Positions 27,101 through 38,240 of a DNA stretch of 64,000 nucleotides are shown one piece after another. The notes under the pieces are model-generated. The model ran no database searches, was not told the DNA's origin, and saw only the letters and a program-made list of their open reading frames with translations. The DNA is from Saccostrea cucullata (taxonomy: Eukaryota): the NCBI RefSeq assembly GCF_032062105.1, contig NW_026926569.1, positions 186,001 to 250,000 on the forward strand, in the 5' to 3' direction. A program made the translations under genes and the position numbers. How positions within the stretch are numbered: the first letter of the stretch is position 1; each line of letters opens with the position of its first letter.

Positions 27101-28298
27101 TGCAACCCTGGCTTCCTAAATTTGTCCATCTGTCTGTTTATCTATTAATCAGTCTGTTTGACCATAAAAACTTGAAACTTGTCTTTGTTGCAAAGGCTTT
27201 CAAATTACTGGTACCATACTTTGAAGAAGGGAGGGCATATTGCTTTGTTGAGCTGTCTGTTGTTGGTTGGTCAGTTGGTCCACCAATAGTTTCCATTAAA
27301 TGAATTGCAGAGGTTGCACATACTGAAATGAAATTTGGTATACAGATTTATCATAAGAATATCTAAGATACGTTCTTTTTTGGTACGATAAAGCAATTTA
27401 TGATAGAGTTATGACCCTTGGATTTAGGAAAATTGCAATTATTTAGGGGAGAGGAACATATTAAGTGTTTCACAAACATTTCTTGTTCTTTGTGTCTATT
27501 ATGCCCCCCCCCCCCAATTCAATGGAAAGGTGGTATACTGTTTTAACCTTGTTAAATCATGATTATAAGAGGTTTTTAATCCTCTTTGAAAAATTTGAAA
27601 TTCATGACCATCCAGTCCAATTTTTTTCAGACCTTTGAAGGGACTATTTTGAGCATACTTAAGTTAATGGTTATGGACATGGACGATGTGCATAACCTGT
27701 AGTTGGGGTTCATTTCCTAGTGTGCTACTCATTTTGAAGTTGCAGGAAAATTATTTAATTTTGTCTAGGTAAAAATTTTTTTTAGAGGCATACAAGGAAG
27801 CTTGAAATATAGGATAAAAAGAGCTTATGTGCAGAGAATTTCATAAAATGATTTAATTTTGGTTGTAACGCATCATTTGATTGGATAAAAAATTAATCTA
27901 AATTGTATAACCTGGGTTGCCTACGTCACAATGACTTACGTCAAAAACGTATCAATCCGCTTGATGTTATGTTTAAAATATGAACAATTTGAGGACATTT
28001 TTAAGGGAGAAATTATCTTGTTTTCTATACTTAATGATTGAAAATTATTAAAATTATAAGGAATGAGTTGAATAGCAACCCAAGTTATACTGGTAGATGT
28101 ATAACCTGGGTTGGAGCAGTTTACGCTTTTTTATAAACCACTTGTTTTCTTGGAGGATACATAGATGACCCTTAAGACTTATGGGTCTCTCTTTTCCTTC
28201 ATTTATTTTAAAATTAATTTTTTTTCTTCTTTTTTTCAGGTCCAGGTCCCAAAAAATATGGTGAAACCTTGTATGACTGGAATTGTTCCCGATTTTAA
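18105..28298 (+). CDS. NDUFC2: NADH:ubiquinone oxidoreductase subunit C2 (B14.5b)-like, 3 exons, about 131 aa
   Basis: Exons 18105-18294, 21340-21486 and 28240-28298 join in phase. Two hydrophobic segments flank NASRKVPYY; the C-terminus YYDEHKEDFPHIGPGPKKYGETLYDWNCSRF fits the NDUFC2 pattern H.EDFP....K.YGE....(W/F)...R; AATAAA follows the stop codon. Confidence 0.75.
18442..20041. mobile_element. Non-autonomous DNA transposon with a 9-bp TSD (Mutator-like)
   Basis: GACTCTAAA at 18433-18441 and 20042-20050; GG...CC termini; both ends carry arrays of GCACGAC-N-GTCGTGC palindromes. Confidence 0.8.
19332..19440. mobile_element. 109-bp hairpin MITE with an 8-bp TSD, nested in the previous element
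   Basis: GTACAGCA|CACAGGCACTTGTTTC ... GAAACAAGTGCCTGTG|GTACAGCA. Confidence 0.9.
20169..20594. mobile_element. Foldback MITE with about 157-bp TIRs and a 5-bp TSD
   Basis: TTCAA|CAGGTTGGGACCAATCGCCC ... GGGCGATTGGTCCCAACCTG|TTCAA; the arms are nearly identical, which explains the mirror ORFs 20118-20345 and 20412-20777. Confidence 0.9.
20617..20877 (+). mobile_element. Miniature non-autonomous LTR retrotransposon with a tRNA-like LTR; 3' LTR truncated
   Basis: LTR TGTGGCGG...GTTACA (20617-20748) contains A-box-like AGCTCAGTTTGTAGAGC and B-box-like GATTCGAATCC; primer-binding site TGGTGCCGTG at 20751; polypurine tract AAGGAGGGGGGAA at 20839-20851; the LTR start then recurs as TATGGCAGTCAGCCGGG. 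Confidence 0.8.
22308..22395. mobile_element. 88-bp hairpin MITE remnant with a 10-bp flanking direct repeat
   Basis: GTGAAAGATC on both sides; stem TTCCTCTGACTCTTA / TAAGAGTCAGAGGAA. Confidence 0.7.
22508..25688 (-). pseudogene. B-box/B-box/coiled-coil/NHL-propeller TRIM-like pseudogene inside NDUFC2 intron 2
   Basis: MDPHIRAQELILCDLC...HCDTCNIKL*NAC (TGA at 25590-25592). B-box 2 (PKCSFHDK / KQCEMYCNQCNIPVC) is split by a 1.5-kb insertion. A 4-bp frameshift at about 23726-23729 precedes a long open coiled-coil and NHL region (PQDIAITKHGHLVYTD, PLGIATDSQSYILTAD, PWGLYTDSNDNLLVA). There is an acceptor just upstream of the ATG and a candidate 5' UTR exon donor near 26788. Confidence 0.9.
23997..25472 (+). 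mobile_element. HINE with a (CGTCGG)n microsatellite and about six 147-bp monomers, inserted in the TRIM coding sequence
   Basis: Starts TTTTTAGCTCACCTCAACGAAGTTGGGGGAGCT; the inverse TTCGTTGAGGTGAGCT and hairpin GTAATCTCTGATTAC lie at the 3' end; inserted in a T-run with no TSD; monomer spacing 145, 147, 147, 147. Confidence 0.9.
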
Positions 28299-29132
28299 AG
28301 AAATAAACATTATAGAGGTGTTGATTTTTAAATTTCTGTGACAAGAAATGAGAACATTTGAGTGCTTATAATCTTATTTTGAATTTGTTCACCACTTAAA
28401 GAGATTCAGTAATCTCATTTTAAAATGTGAACAGATAAGGTTATTGACTTTAAAAGAATATCAAAAATAGATTTAACATTATTTTTTATGTATATACATT
28501 TATACATGATTGTATGTCCTATCCAGTCATGTTTTAAATAAATAAATGAAACATGAGAAATTGTTTAGTTAGTAATGAGATTGTACAATGTACAATAAAA
28601 CCTGCTTACCTGTATAAGAAATTCCTTTGCATGTGCAGATGTTGTTCCTTTGCATGCAGAGATGTTTTTTTCTTTTTTAAAAAGCCAGTGTTCTACTATA
28701 GATCACTTTTAATATTTTTGCAACAGCTTATTTTCTCGAGATAGTCATGGGCTTTTGATAAGTGAAATAAAATTTTCACGAATTGCTCTTTATATAAATC
28801 TTAAGGAATACTATTATTATAAGCGAGAGTTAAATTTTTATGAGTACATTGTGACTCGTGTAATTACTCAAAAATAAAGTTCTCACAAATAAAAAGTGAT
28901 TTAACGTATATTAGGGAGCTACATGTATAAGTATTTATGACTTTCTAGTACTTTCTGAGCAAAATCAGCATCTCCCTTGATGAGATGTTCATTCAATGTC
29001 ATTTTCATTCCCACTCACATGGTGATGCCCTAGTAATAATAAACTTTTCCATATCTTGACTTTCTCTGACAAGTAGAATCACTTTTTCAACCATTTTTTT
29101 TAAGCAATAAATTTTATTCATATATACAAATA

Positions 29133-29319
29133 CAGTGGACCTCCAGATATCCGGACGCCAGATATCCGGATGCTTCAGTATCCAGACGATTTTTCATCGG
29201 AACAGAATTTTTAATTGTTATTCTGTCTTGTTTAACTGGTGATTCAGGTATCCGGACACTTCACATATCCGGACAAATTGACTGGGAACCAAAGCCTCCG
29301 GATAAATGAGGGTCCACTG
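29133..29319. mobile_element. Tigger/pogo-type MITE
   Basis: TA|CAGTGGACC ... GGTCCACTG|TA with internal TATCCGGA repeats. Confidence 0.8.
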
Positions 29320-30429
29320 TAGTAAGTTTGTCAGCATATTGTACATGTATTTTGCTCTTTGAATCTTGTAAGCATAAGGCTTAGACAAAAAAAATTCAGA
29401 GGCCAATGTCACAAGAATCACAGGACCTAACATCATTTAGGTTAAAAACATTATATTTTTGTCTACATTTGATAGCACTGTTATGCAACACACATTTGAG
29501 AAGAATCCCTTGGAAATAGTGTTTGTGCAATGTTTTTTTTTCCTCATATATATACAAAGGACAAGAAAGGATAAGACCCGTTTTTGGCCCATGGTTTGGG
29601 GTGACTTAGAATGATGCAACAGTTTATAAATTGAAAACCATTTATCACCCCTGCCACAAAATTAGCATTGGTACGTTCTAAGATACACAGAGGTCACAAG
29701 AAGGTCAGAAAATATGTCAATTTCCAAATTTTCCCTTTTTTGCAGATTTTAATCAATTTTACAGCAATTTTACAACAGTTTTCTTTCAGAAAATGTAGAA
29801 TACAAGCTTGCCTATCTACCAAATTTATATATTTCATACACTAGTATCAGGTGCATCTTGTGTGTAAAATTCTCAGATAGGCAAGCTTGTGCTATATGTT
29901 TTCTGAGGTGAAAAGTATCTCGAACTTGACAAAATGTCACCAGAATGGAGAAAATTCGGGGAAAAAGTCATATTTCTGCACCCTCTTGTGGCCTCTATGT
30001 ATGCTTTGAATCAAGATTAGTGCTGGTTTTGAAACAAGCATCAATTTAAGTTCTTGACTACAAAGTATCGCAGTTTTAACTGTGTTCCGATTTTTACATC
30101 TAATAAGGGGCCAGATTCAGCAGTTACCATACCTTGTCCTTTAAAAATCCTTTACCACTACTACATTTAAATACTATTATTATTTTAGAATTGGAGGAAT
30201 AATGGTAATAATGGTTCCATACTTTTGGTGTTTTGATGGTGAGGTGCAATTACTTATATCGTAAATTTCTTCTACATATTTCATGTATTGTTTGTCTGTT
30301 ATACAAAAACATAAATTATCGAATTTATAAAAGATAAGTTTCTTATTTGGATATTTTACTAGAAAAAGGTGTTGATGGTAATCTAACAACAAACTTTATT
30401 ATAAACGCGACTTCACATTGTGTACATTA

Positions 30430-32290
30430 TGACCAAGAATAAACTTTTTAAAATGTGGATCGACCAAACTCCAAGATCAAAAGGTAAAATTTATATTTAT
30501 CCAGGGGAAGGCTTTGTCATGAGAAATATACAGGTCATGTGAAATGTTAAAGTCTTGGCAAAAACTCATCATTAGTTGTGACTAAGTTTAAGTTTTGTCA
30601 AAAGTAGGTTAAGCTTTAGGGTCAAAGTCAAAATACCAAAATTGCTGGTATCCAAAAAGCACAGGCACTTGACGTTTTTAACTTTCTCTTCATTTAAATA
30701 AAAAAATTCAATATACTTTAATTGACGTTTTTAACCTTTTTCTTCATAAATAATAAAAAAAATCCCTATACTATAATTATAGTATATGGAAGATCTTGGG
30801 AAGATCTTGTCAAGAGGAACACACATATGAAATACGAAAGCCCTAATTCTAACTTCAAAAGTTATGACCAAAGTTTTTTAAATAGTGGGTCAAACTCTAA
30901 TGTCAAGGTTAAAAATATTTATACCTGTTGAAAGGTCTTGTCACAGTGAATACACGTGTGAAGTATGAAATCCCTTCACAAATTGTTCAAATATATGGCC
31001 AAGGTTAAAGTTTCTTGTTTGTTTTTTTTCTTATAAAAGTGGTTCAAACTCGTAGGTCAAGAGGTCAGATTTTGTGGTACCCCAAAAAAGGTCTTTTAAC
31101 ATTAAATAAATTTGTAAGGTATGAAAGTCCAGGCCTGTGGGCCATAAAACTTAAACGAGCTCACTTTTGATCTCAGTCGTACTTTTTCATGATAAATAAC
31201 TTTGGTTAAAGTGAGACTGAGATCAAAAGTGAGCTCGTCTAAGTTTTATTGCCCCCAGGCCTGGCACCAATTGTTCAAAAGTTATGACCAAGGTTAAAGT
31301 GTGATATTTTTTGTAAAAGTGGGTCAAATTTCAAGGTCAAAACTCAAAAGGTTGTATCCAAAGAAAGATCTTGTCACAGGGAATGCATCATTGTCGCAAA
31401 CCACGGCCAAATTGTACGATCCTCTCCCATTTTGGCCGTGTAGGAGAGAACTATGTGCGGAATCCGGACAGTGGCTTGAGACGATGAGAATGCATATGCG
31501 AAATATGAAAGCCCTGGTACTATTTGTTCAAAAGTTATGACCAAGTTTAAAAACTTTGGCCAAAGTTAAAGTTTTGTATTTTTTTTTAAGTGGGCCAAAC
31601 TCCAAGGTCAGGGGGTCAAATTTGGTGGTACCCAAAGAAAGTTCTCACAAGGGAACACACATGTGAAATATGAGCAAGGTTAAAGACTTTGCGGACCAAC
31701 AGACAGATAGATAGACAGACAGATGGAAAGACAGAAAGAGACATTTATACCCCGTATCTACGATTACGGGGGCACAAAATCCGAATACATTTGGAAAGGT
31801 CTTAAAACAGATAATGCATAAATAAGGTGTGTTTGTGAAACACGTGCTGGTGCCCCCGTATATATGACAGCTTTTGGCGATGGCTAAATTTTCTAAAATG
31901 AAAGTCTAACTCCAAGGTCAAAGGCAAAAAGTCAAAATGGTTGGTATCCACAGAAAAGTCTTTGGCAGCTTATGAAAAGGGTAAAATACAACTCACAAGA
32001 AATACATCTGTGAAATATGAATGCTCTGCTACTAAATATTCAAAAGCTATGGCCAGGGTTAAAGTTTTATAAAAGTGGATCAATTTCCAAAGTCAAGGTT
32101 AAGAGGCAAAATTTGATGGTACCAAACGAAAGGTTCTGTCACAAAGAATCCACCTGTGAAACATCAAAGACACAGCCCCACCCAATCAAAAGTTATGGGC
32201 AAGGTTAATTTTTGTGAGGACAAACAGACAGACGGTCGGACAGGGCAAAAAAATACATACCCCCGAATATTAAATTATGGGGGCATAAAA
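30430..32290 (-). repeat. Field of old degenerate HINE/satellite monomers
   Basis: Recurrent CAAACTCCAAGGTCAA, GGTCTTGTCACA and ATATGAAAGCCC motifs; (GACA)n tracts and GGGGGCATAAAA ends at about 31775 and 32290. Similar remnants occur at about 8380-8600, 10880-11540, 34390-34685 and 35790-37260. Confidence 0.7.
31130..31263. mobile_element. Small palindromic MITE interrupting a satellite monomer
   Basis: CAGGCCTG..ATAAAACTTAAACGAGCTCACTTTTGATCTCAGTC versus its inverse GACTGAGATCAAAAGTGAGCTCGTCTAAGTTTTAT..CAGGCCTG. Confidence 0.75.
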
Positions 32291-32662
32291 ATCATAGTTC
32301 ATTTGACAACAAATTCTTGTCACAGGTAAATGGAGGTAATAATTGACTAATTGTAAATTGTTTATTGTTATACCTTTTCAAGTTTGTTCTAATACAAATC
32401 TATACAAAAAAGTATAACATTTCTTAAATGTTTAACTTTTACTGAGCGTGCATAAAAAAATCTATGTTTGACCGCTGAGTGAGTTGTTGGACCTGTCGAT
32501 AAGATATTGGACCGCTTACGTCACACAATGGGCGGGGCTTTATCTCATTTGCATTCGTTGATGTTGAACAGTGACGTACCTGAGGTTACATCACGTTCGG
32601 AAGACAGGACAAGATACATGTATGTCAAAAAAAAATTAAAATAAAAGATAAAACAAAACAAT

Positions 32663-33503
32663 TAAGACCGCGGAACATTAACTGGCAAAATTGGAAATAT
32701 ACAGCTTACGTCATTTCTATCTGTTACAATCAAAACATTCAGTGATAGACAGCGTAATGGGCGGGTACAATTCGACGCGGACGTTTGGAAAACATCGGAT
32801 TGAAATTGCAGATCGAAATTCATTTTCAATCCACCTGAACTGTTTTCAAAGCTAAGATGTGAATATATACATGATCCAAAAATCAACTAATTTCAACTCC
32901 CGAATACATATTGATTAAGTTCACATTAATACGAGTTTTAGCTTATAATTTTAGGGACGCGAAAGATGATAGAAGACAAAGATTATTTTTCAGGAGATAT
33001 TTGATTCTAAGCGGTGGGGGGGGGGGGTAAAAATTGTCGAGTCAGGTCATGACTTACATGTAATGTTTACATGACAACAGATTTTATTTCTAGGAATATT
33101 AGAGTGCATGAGTTGTATACTTATTCTCACTGAAAAATGTTGGACAACTTTACTTAAAATTGTTAAGCCCCCTCCCCTAAACCAAACGTATATTTACCAA
33201 GCAGAAATGAAATATTTGTCCCTTAATATTTTTTTTTTAAAACACTGGACAAAAAATTCAAACTGTACCAAATTTGAAATTATTTGTCTTCTGGGTAAGT
33301 CAGTAACACTGTGGCTTCTAGCGTAGTTGAGGTGGATTGAAAATGAATTTCGATCTGCAATTTCAATCCGATGTTTTCCAAACGTCCGCGTCGAATTGTA
33401 CCCGCCCATTACGCTGTCTATCACTGAATGTTTTGATTGTAACAGATAGAAATGACGTAAGCTGTATATTTCCAATTTTGCCAGTTAATGTTCCGCGGTC
33501 TTA
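32663..33503. repeat. Perfect 174-bp inverted repeat with a 493-bp spacer (possible TA-flanked MITE)
   Basis: 32663-32836 is the reverse complement of 33330-33503; the outermost bases are TA on both sides. Confidence 0.9.
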
Positions 33504-33774
33504 TTACCGAATATGTTCTCGGGTAAAATGCGTTTTGTCGACCCTCGAACCAAACCGTCTGCCCAGTGACGTAGCATCGTTTTTGAAAGTGGGCGGGGTT
33601 GGGGTGGCAGCCAGAGATTTTATTTACTTACCTGAAAAAGTTGACAAGCAAAAAAGTAAAGATAATTGCCTAAAATCGAAAGTCCTATTTCGTTTGGGGG
33701 GGGGGGGGGGTAGAGGGCAACTGTTTTTCAATACCAGTGTATAAATAATGGACTAACAATTAATACGAAAAATG

Positions 33775-34390
33775 TCATGCAGTCAGCATTTGACTCAATG
33801 ATAAATTGTATTTGCTGACAAGGTCATTGTATCGACCATAGAACTTACGAAATGATGGCTTTAAACGAGACTGCTGAAATTCATGTTTGTTTGTCAATAA
33901 TTTACCTCGTTTTAGAAATTGTTCATATGTAGAACATGCTCTTGCGTATCGAATCAACTGAGATATATAAACTCCGTATGCAGGTGATGAAGGTATGTTC
34001 CTGCATAAGTAAGGGAAGTAATGAAAATTGCTGCAAAGTTAAAATCATCACGTTTATCATAGAGGTTGGTTGTTAGATTACCATTTATGTTTTTTTTTTC
34101 AAGTAAAATATCCAAATACGAAACAGATGTGTCAGACTCTGTGGAATCTTTTATCTCTATCTCACTATTATGTATCGCATCGACATAAGAATGAAAAATA
34201 CCATTGTTAATTGTCAATACGTCGTCGATATATCTAAATGTCGAGTTGAAAGCCACAGCAAGTGTTTTCTTCTTTTCACGCCCAAGGTTTTGCACAAAAT
34301 CTGCTTCAGATGACTACAAAAATAGGTATGATAATGGGGTGCAGTTGGTACCTATGGGAATTCCAATAAATTGTTGGAAAAATTGGTCTT
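33775..34390 (-). mobile_element. Decayed Penelope-like retroelement reverse transcriptase fragment
   Basis: Motifs GIPIGTNC, FRYIDDVL, SYLDI, LYDKRDDFNF and AYGVYISQLIRYARACS appear across frameshifts and stops. Confidence 0.85.
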
Positions 34391-34688
34391 AAACATTACT
34401 TTGAATTGGCCATAATTTTTGAATAAGAAGTGACAGGGCTTTCATATGTATATTACCTGTGACAAGACCTTTTTAAATGCACAAAGATTTTTTGACCTCG
34501 TGACCTTCATCTTGAATTTTGATCTACTTTCAAAAACGTTTACCTTGGTCAGATTTCTTAATGAGAAGAGATAGGGGTTTCATATTAATCCCGTATATTG
34601 CCTGTGACAAGATCTTTCTAAATATATTATGATGTTTGATCTTGTGACCTTGACCTTAAAGTTTGATCTACATTTCAAAATTGTAAAT

Positions 34689-35790
34689 TTTTAGCTCTAC
34701 TGGTCAGAGACCAGAAGAGCTTATGCGATAGTAATGCGTCCGGCGTCCGTCCGTCTGTCCGTCTGTCTGTCTGTCTGTCTGTAAACAATTTTTCAAAATG
34801 CTACTCCTCCTACAGTTTTGGTCTAATTTCAATATAACTTGGCACACAAGTAGACTACACTTAGATACATAATTCTGTATATCGGTTTTTGATTTCGATA
34901 AACGGTGTTGCCGTGGTTACTAAATATAGAAATTTCTGTGAAATTCTTTCAAAATGCTACTCCTCCTACAGTTTTGGTCTGATTTCAATATAACTTGGCA
35001 CACAAGTAGACTACACTAAGATACATAATTCTGAATATCGGTTTTTGATTTCGATAAACGGTGTTGCTGTGGTAACTAAAAAGTGAAATTTCTGTGAAAT
35101 TTCTTTCAAAATGCTACTCCTCCTACAGTTTTGGTCTGATTTCAATATAACTTGGCAAACAAGTAGACTACACTAAGATACATAATTCTGTGTATTGGTT
35201 TTGGATTTTGATAAACGGTGTTGCAGTGGTTACTAAAAATAGAAAATTCTGTGAAATTCTTTCAAAATGCTGCTCCTCCTACAGTTTTGGACTGATTTCA
35301 ATATAACTTGGCACACAAGTAGACTACACTAAGATACATAATTCTGTTTATTGGTTTTTGATTTCCGTGAACGGTGTTGTCGTGGTTACTAAAAATAGAA
35401 ATTTCATTAAAATGGTTTCAAAATGCTACTCCTCCTACAGTTTTGGTCTGATTTCAATATAACTTGGCACACAAGTAGACTGCACTAAGATACATAATTA
35501 GGTTTATCGGTTTTTTAATTTCCTTGAACGGTGTTGTCGTGGTTCCTAAAAATAGAAATTTCTGTAAAATTGTTTCAAAATGCTACTCCTCCTACAGTTT
35601 TGGTCTGATTTCAATATAAGTTGGCACACAAGTAGACTACACTAAGAACATAAAGAGACTTTATCAAGGATCATTATTCTATTTATTGCTGTTGTAAAGT
35701 TTCAATTCCTAACTGCTTAAGTACTTTTCTCTTCCTTTGCTATAAGTACAAACCAGTAGAGCTTCAGTCTCGACAGAGACTTCTGGTTCT
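34689..35790 (+). mobile_element. Young HINE with a (GTCC/GTCT)n tract and about 5.5 monomers of 156 bp, nested in an older repeat
   Basis: Starts TTTTAGCTCTACTGGTC; inverse ACCAGTAGAGCT and hairpin AGTCTCGACAGAGACT at the end; monomer starts at 34801, 34957, 35114, 35270, 35426 and 35583. Confidence 0.9.
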
Positions 35791-37433
35791 TTATAACTTT
35801 TGATTGAGAAGAGATAGGTCTTTCATATTTGACAAGTGTATTACCTGTGACAAGACATTTCCGAGGATGCTATGATTTCTGACCCCTTGACCTTCACGAT
35901 TGACCCAATTAAAAAAAAAAATCAACTTCGATGATAACTTCTCAATGACATATGATAGGACGTTCATTTTTGACACAGTATGCCATAAAAATGACATCTC
36001 ACCCATTTAGACACCGAAAACGTCAATTCTTTGAATTTGCTTGTTCACATTTATTGAAAACAACAATCTTGTTAATCACCTACTCAGTACTCTTCACTCC
36101 GTACAATATGTAAATGGGGAAACTCGCTAGATATAGTAGATAATTAGATGAACGGACAGACAGACGGACCTTATGACAATGAGGCAAACGTTATGGCTTT
36201 TACGGACATATTTTTTTATCTTACTCTCTTTCTTACTTATTAACTTTCTAACTAAGTAATATTTTATAAAACATTTTTTACTTTAATTTGATTGTCATGT
36301 CATGTCCAGTTATGATTATTTCAGTATTTTCTATCCAATCACTGCCAATCTTTATTACTCAAGATTGACCATTGCTAAAGGTTAACGCCCATTAAACAGT
36401 TAAATGTACTTCACCTGCCCTAATTCGTTAATTGTTAGCTAAACATTTTAACTCAATCAGTGTTAAACTCTCTTTTGATCTTGAAATGCATTTTCCATCT
36501 GTCCTCACTATCTATTCTTATAAGTATTTGTCCTTAAGCAATATCCAATGGCTTTGATTTATTATTTCATTGTTATTGCGAAGCCTTTTTATAAACTTTA
36601 TCTACATTCCATCACTTCCTTATCAAGAAGAATTCATGAGATTGCCGCGTATTCTAAATATATTAACTCATAAACAAGTCGAAAAAGAATGAGGAGATTT
36701 GAATTTTTATATTTCAATTGTACATTTCTGTAACAAGACCTTTCTAAACATACTATCTTTTTTGATCCCGTGACCTTGACCTTCAAGTTTTACCTACTTT
36801 TCAGAAAATATAACATTACTTTAAATTGATCATAACTTTTGAAAGACAAAAAGAAAGGGCTTTCATATAATACGTGTTTATTATATCTATGACAAAGCCT
36901 TCCTAAATATAACATGATTTTTTCAACCCATGACCTTGAAACTTAATTGACTTTCTTTTCAATATGGTTTCTTTCCTTATAATAGTTACTCTTGATTGTA
37001 ATAATTTTTTTTATTTGACATTTTCACTACCTGTGATGTTTCCGAGAATGCAATGAATTTTGACCTTTTGGTCTTGACCTTTATTTTGACCTAATTTCAA
37101 GGTGAATGCTTTTGAATTACATATGACAGAGACATAAAATATAACTTTATTTATAACATTATCTCTGCATATGATAGGACGTTCATGTTTGATACAATAT
37201 GCTAAAAATAATGGCATATCATCCACTAAGACACCGAAAGCGGGGTATCATAATTCTTTTAATTAGGTAAGTTGAATTTTTAACTCTGACTGACCCCACT
37301 TTAAAAAAAAATTTAAAAATAACGATGCTACGTCACTGCTAAGTGTTGTAAAAAAAAATCAAATTTAAAAGAATATTTTGTCCAAAAGTTTAGAAAGTTT
37401 CTCGTTATGTTGGTAGAGTTTAATTACAATGTA

Positions 37434-37926
37434 CAGTGGCGTGCCAAAAGTGAAGATAATTTTATTTTTTCTTTATATATTTCATTGAAAACAATATTTT
37501 GTAAAATCGCTGGTATGACAACATTTCTTGACAGATTTTATCAAAAATTTCTTGATAATCCAAGAAATTGTTGTAGTTTTAAAAAAACAATGGTTTAAAA
37601 TTTTATCTGATAAGCATTGATAATTTAAAAATATTCTAATTTAAGTGTGACATGAATTTTTAAGTCATATACTCACAATGAATTATATAGTCAACATTGA
37701 TCTTGAATTTTAGAACTGATGTTTAGTGATGAACTATATTTTACTACATATTAAACGTGTAATGATCTTTTAAAGAAAGATAACTACACATTTTCTGGTT
37801 TAAGTACTGAAATAAATAATTAAATTGGACAAAAATTGACCATTTACCTATGATTTTACAAAATGTTGTTTTCAATGAAATATATAGAGAAAAAATAAAA
37901 TTATCTTCACTTTTGGCACGCCACTG
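37434..37926. mobile_element. Tc1/mariner MITE with about 75-bp TIRs, just upstream of HERC2
   Basis: TA|CAGTGGCGTGCCAAAAGTGAAGATAATTTT ... AAAATTATCTTCACTTTTGGCACGCCACTG|TA. Confidence 0.9.
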
Positions 37927-38129
37927 TAAGTACTCGGAAATAATGAAACGCATTTACTGAATATAAGAGATCGGGCTCGATATTTTCGAAATAGTAAACC
38001 CAGAATTTTTGACAACTTTGGTTCTTCTGTATTCGTCTATTTATTAACAACTCAAGGCAGGTAACGTATTTTTAGAGCAAATCAGAAAGCAAAAATGTTC
38101 GAGGATATTTCTGAAAAAATTGATTCCAG

Positions 38130-38240
38130 GCATTAATGTTGCATTCGTCACTTCCATTGTAAAACAACCGTGCTGCATGTCGCACAACACGCAGGTCTTT
38201 TCCACTGTTTTCTAGAAATTCACTATTGTTCAGTGGATTG
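38130..38240 (+). promoter_or_regulatory. Candidate HERC2 promoter and non-coding first exon
   Basis: CpG-containing patch with CGTCACTTCC (CRE half-site plus ETS core), followed by a strong donor TTG|GTAAGT at 38240; the HERC2 ATG exon is preceded by an acceptor. Confidence 0.5.

Noticed and set aside
32662-33744. Duplicated small protein MKMNFDLQFQSDV... in ORFs 32662-32886 and 33337-33744
   Set aside because: By-product of the DNA inverted repeat; non-ATG starts and no recognisable protein features.
34800-35650. CRISPR-like array (also 24300-25150, 16640-17200 and 42290-42830)
   Set aside because: Whole monomers repeat with no unique spacers, there are no cas genes, and the context is eukaryotic; these are HINE-borne satellites.
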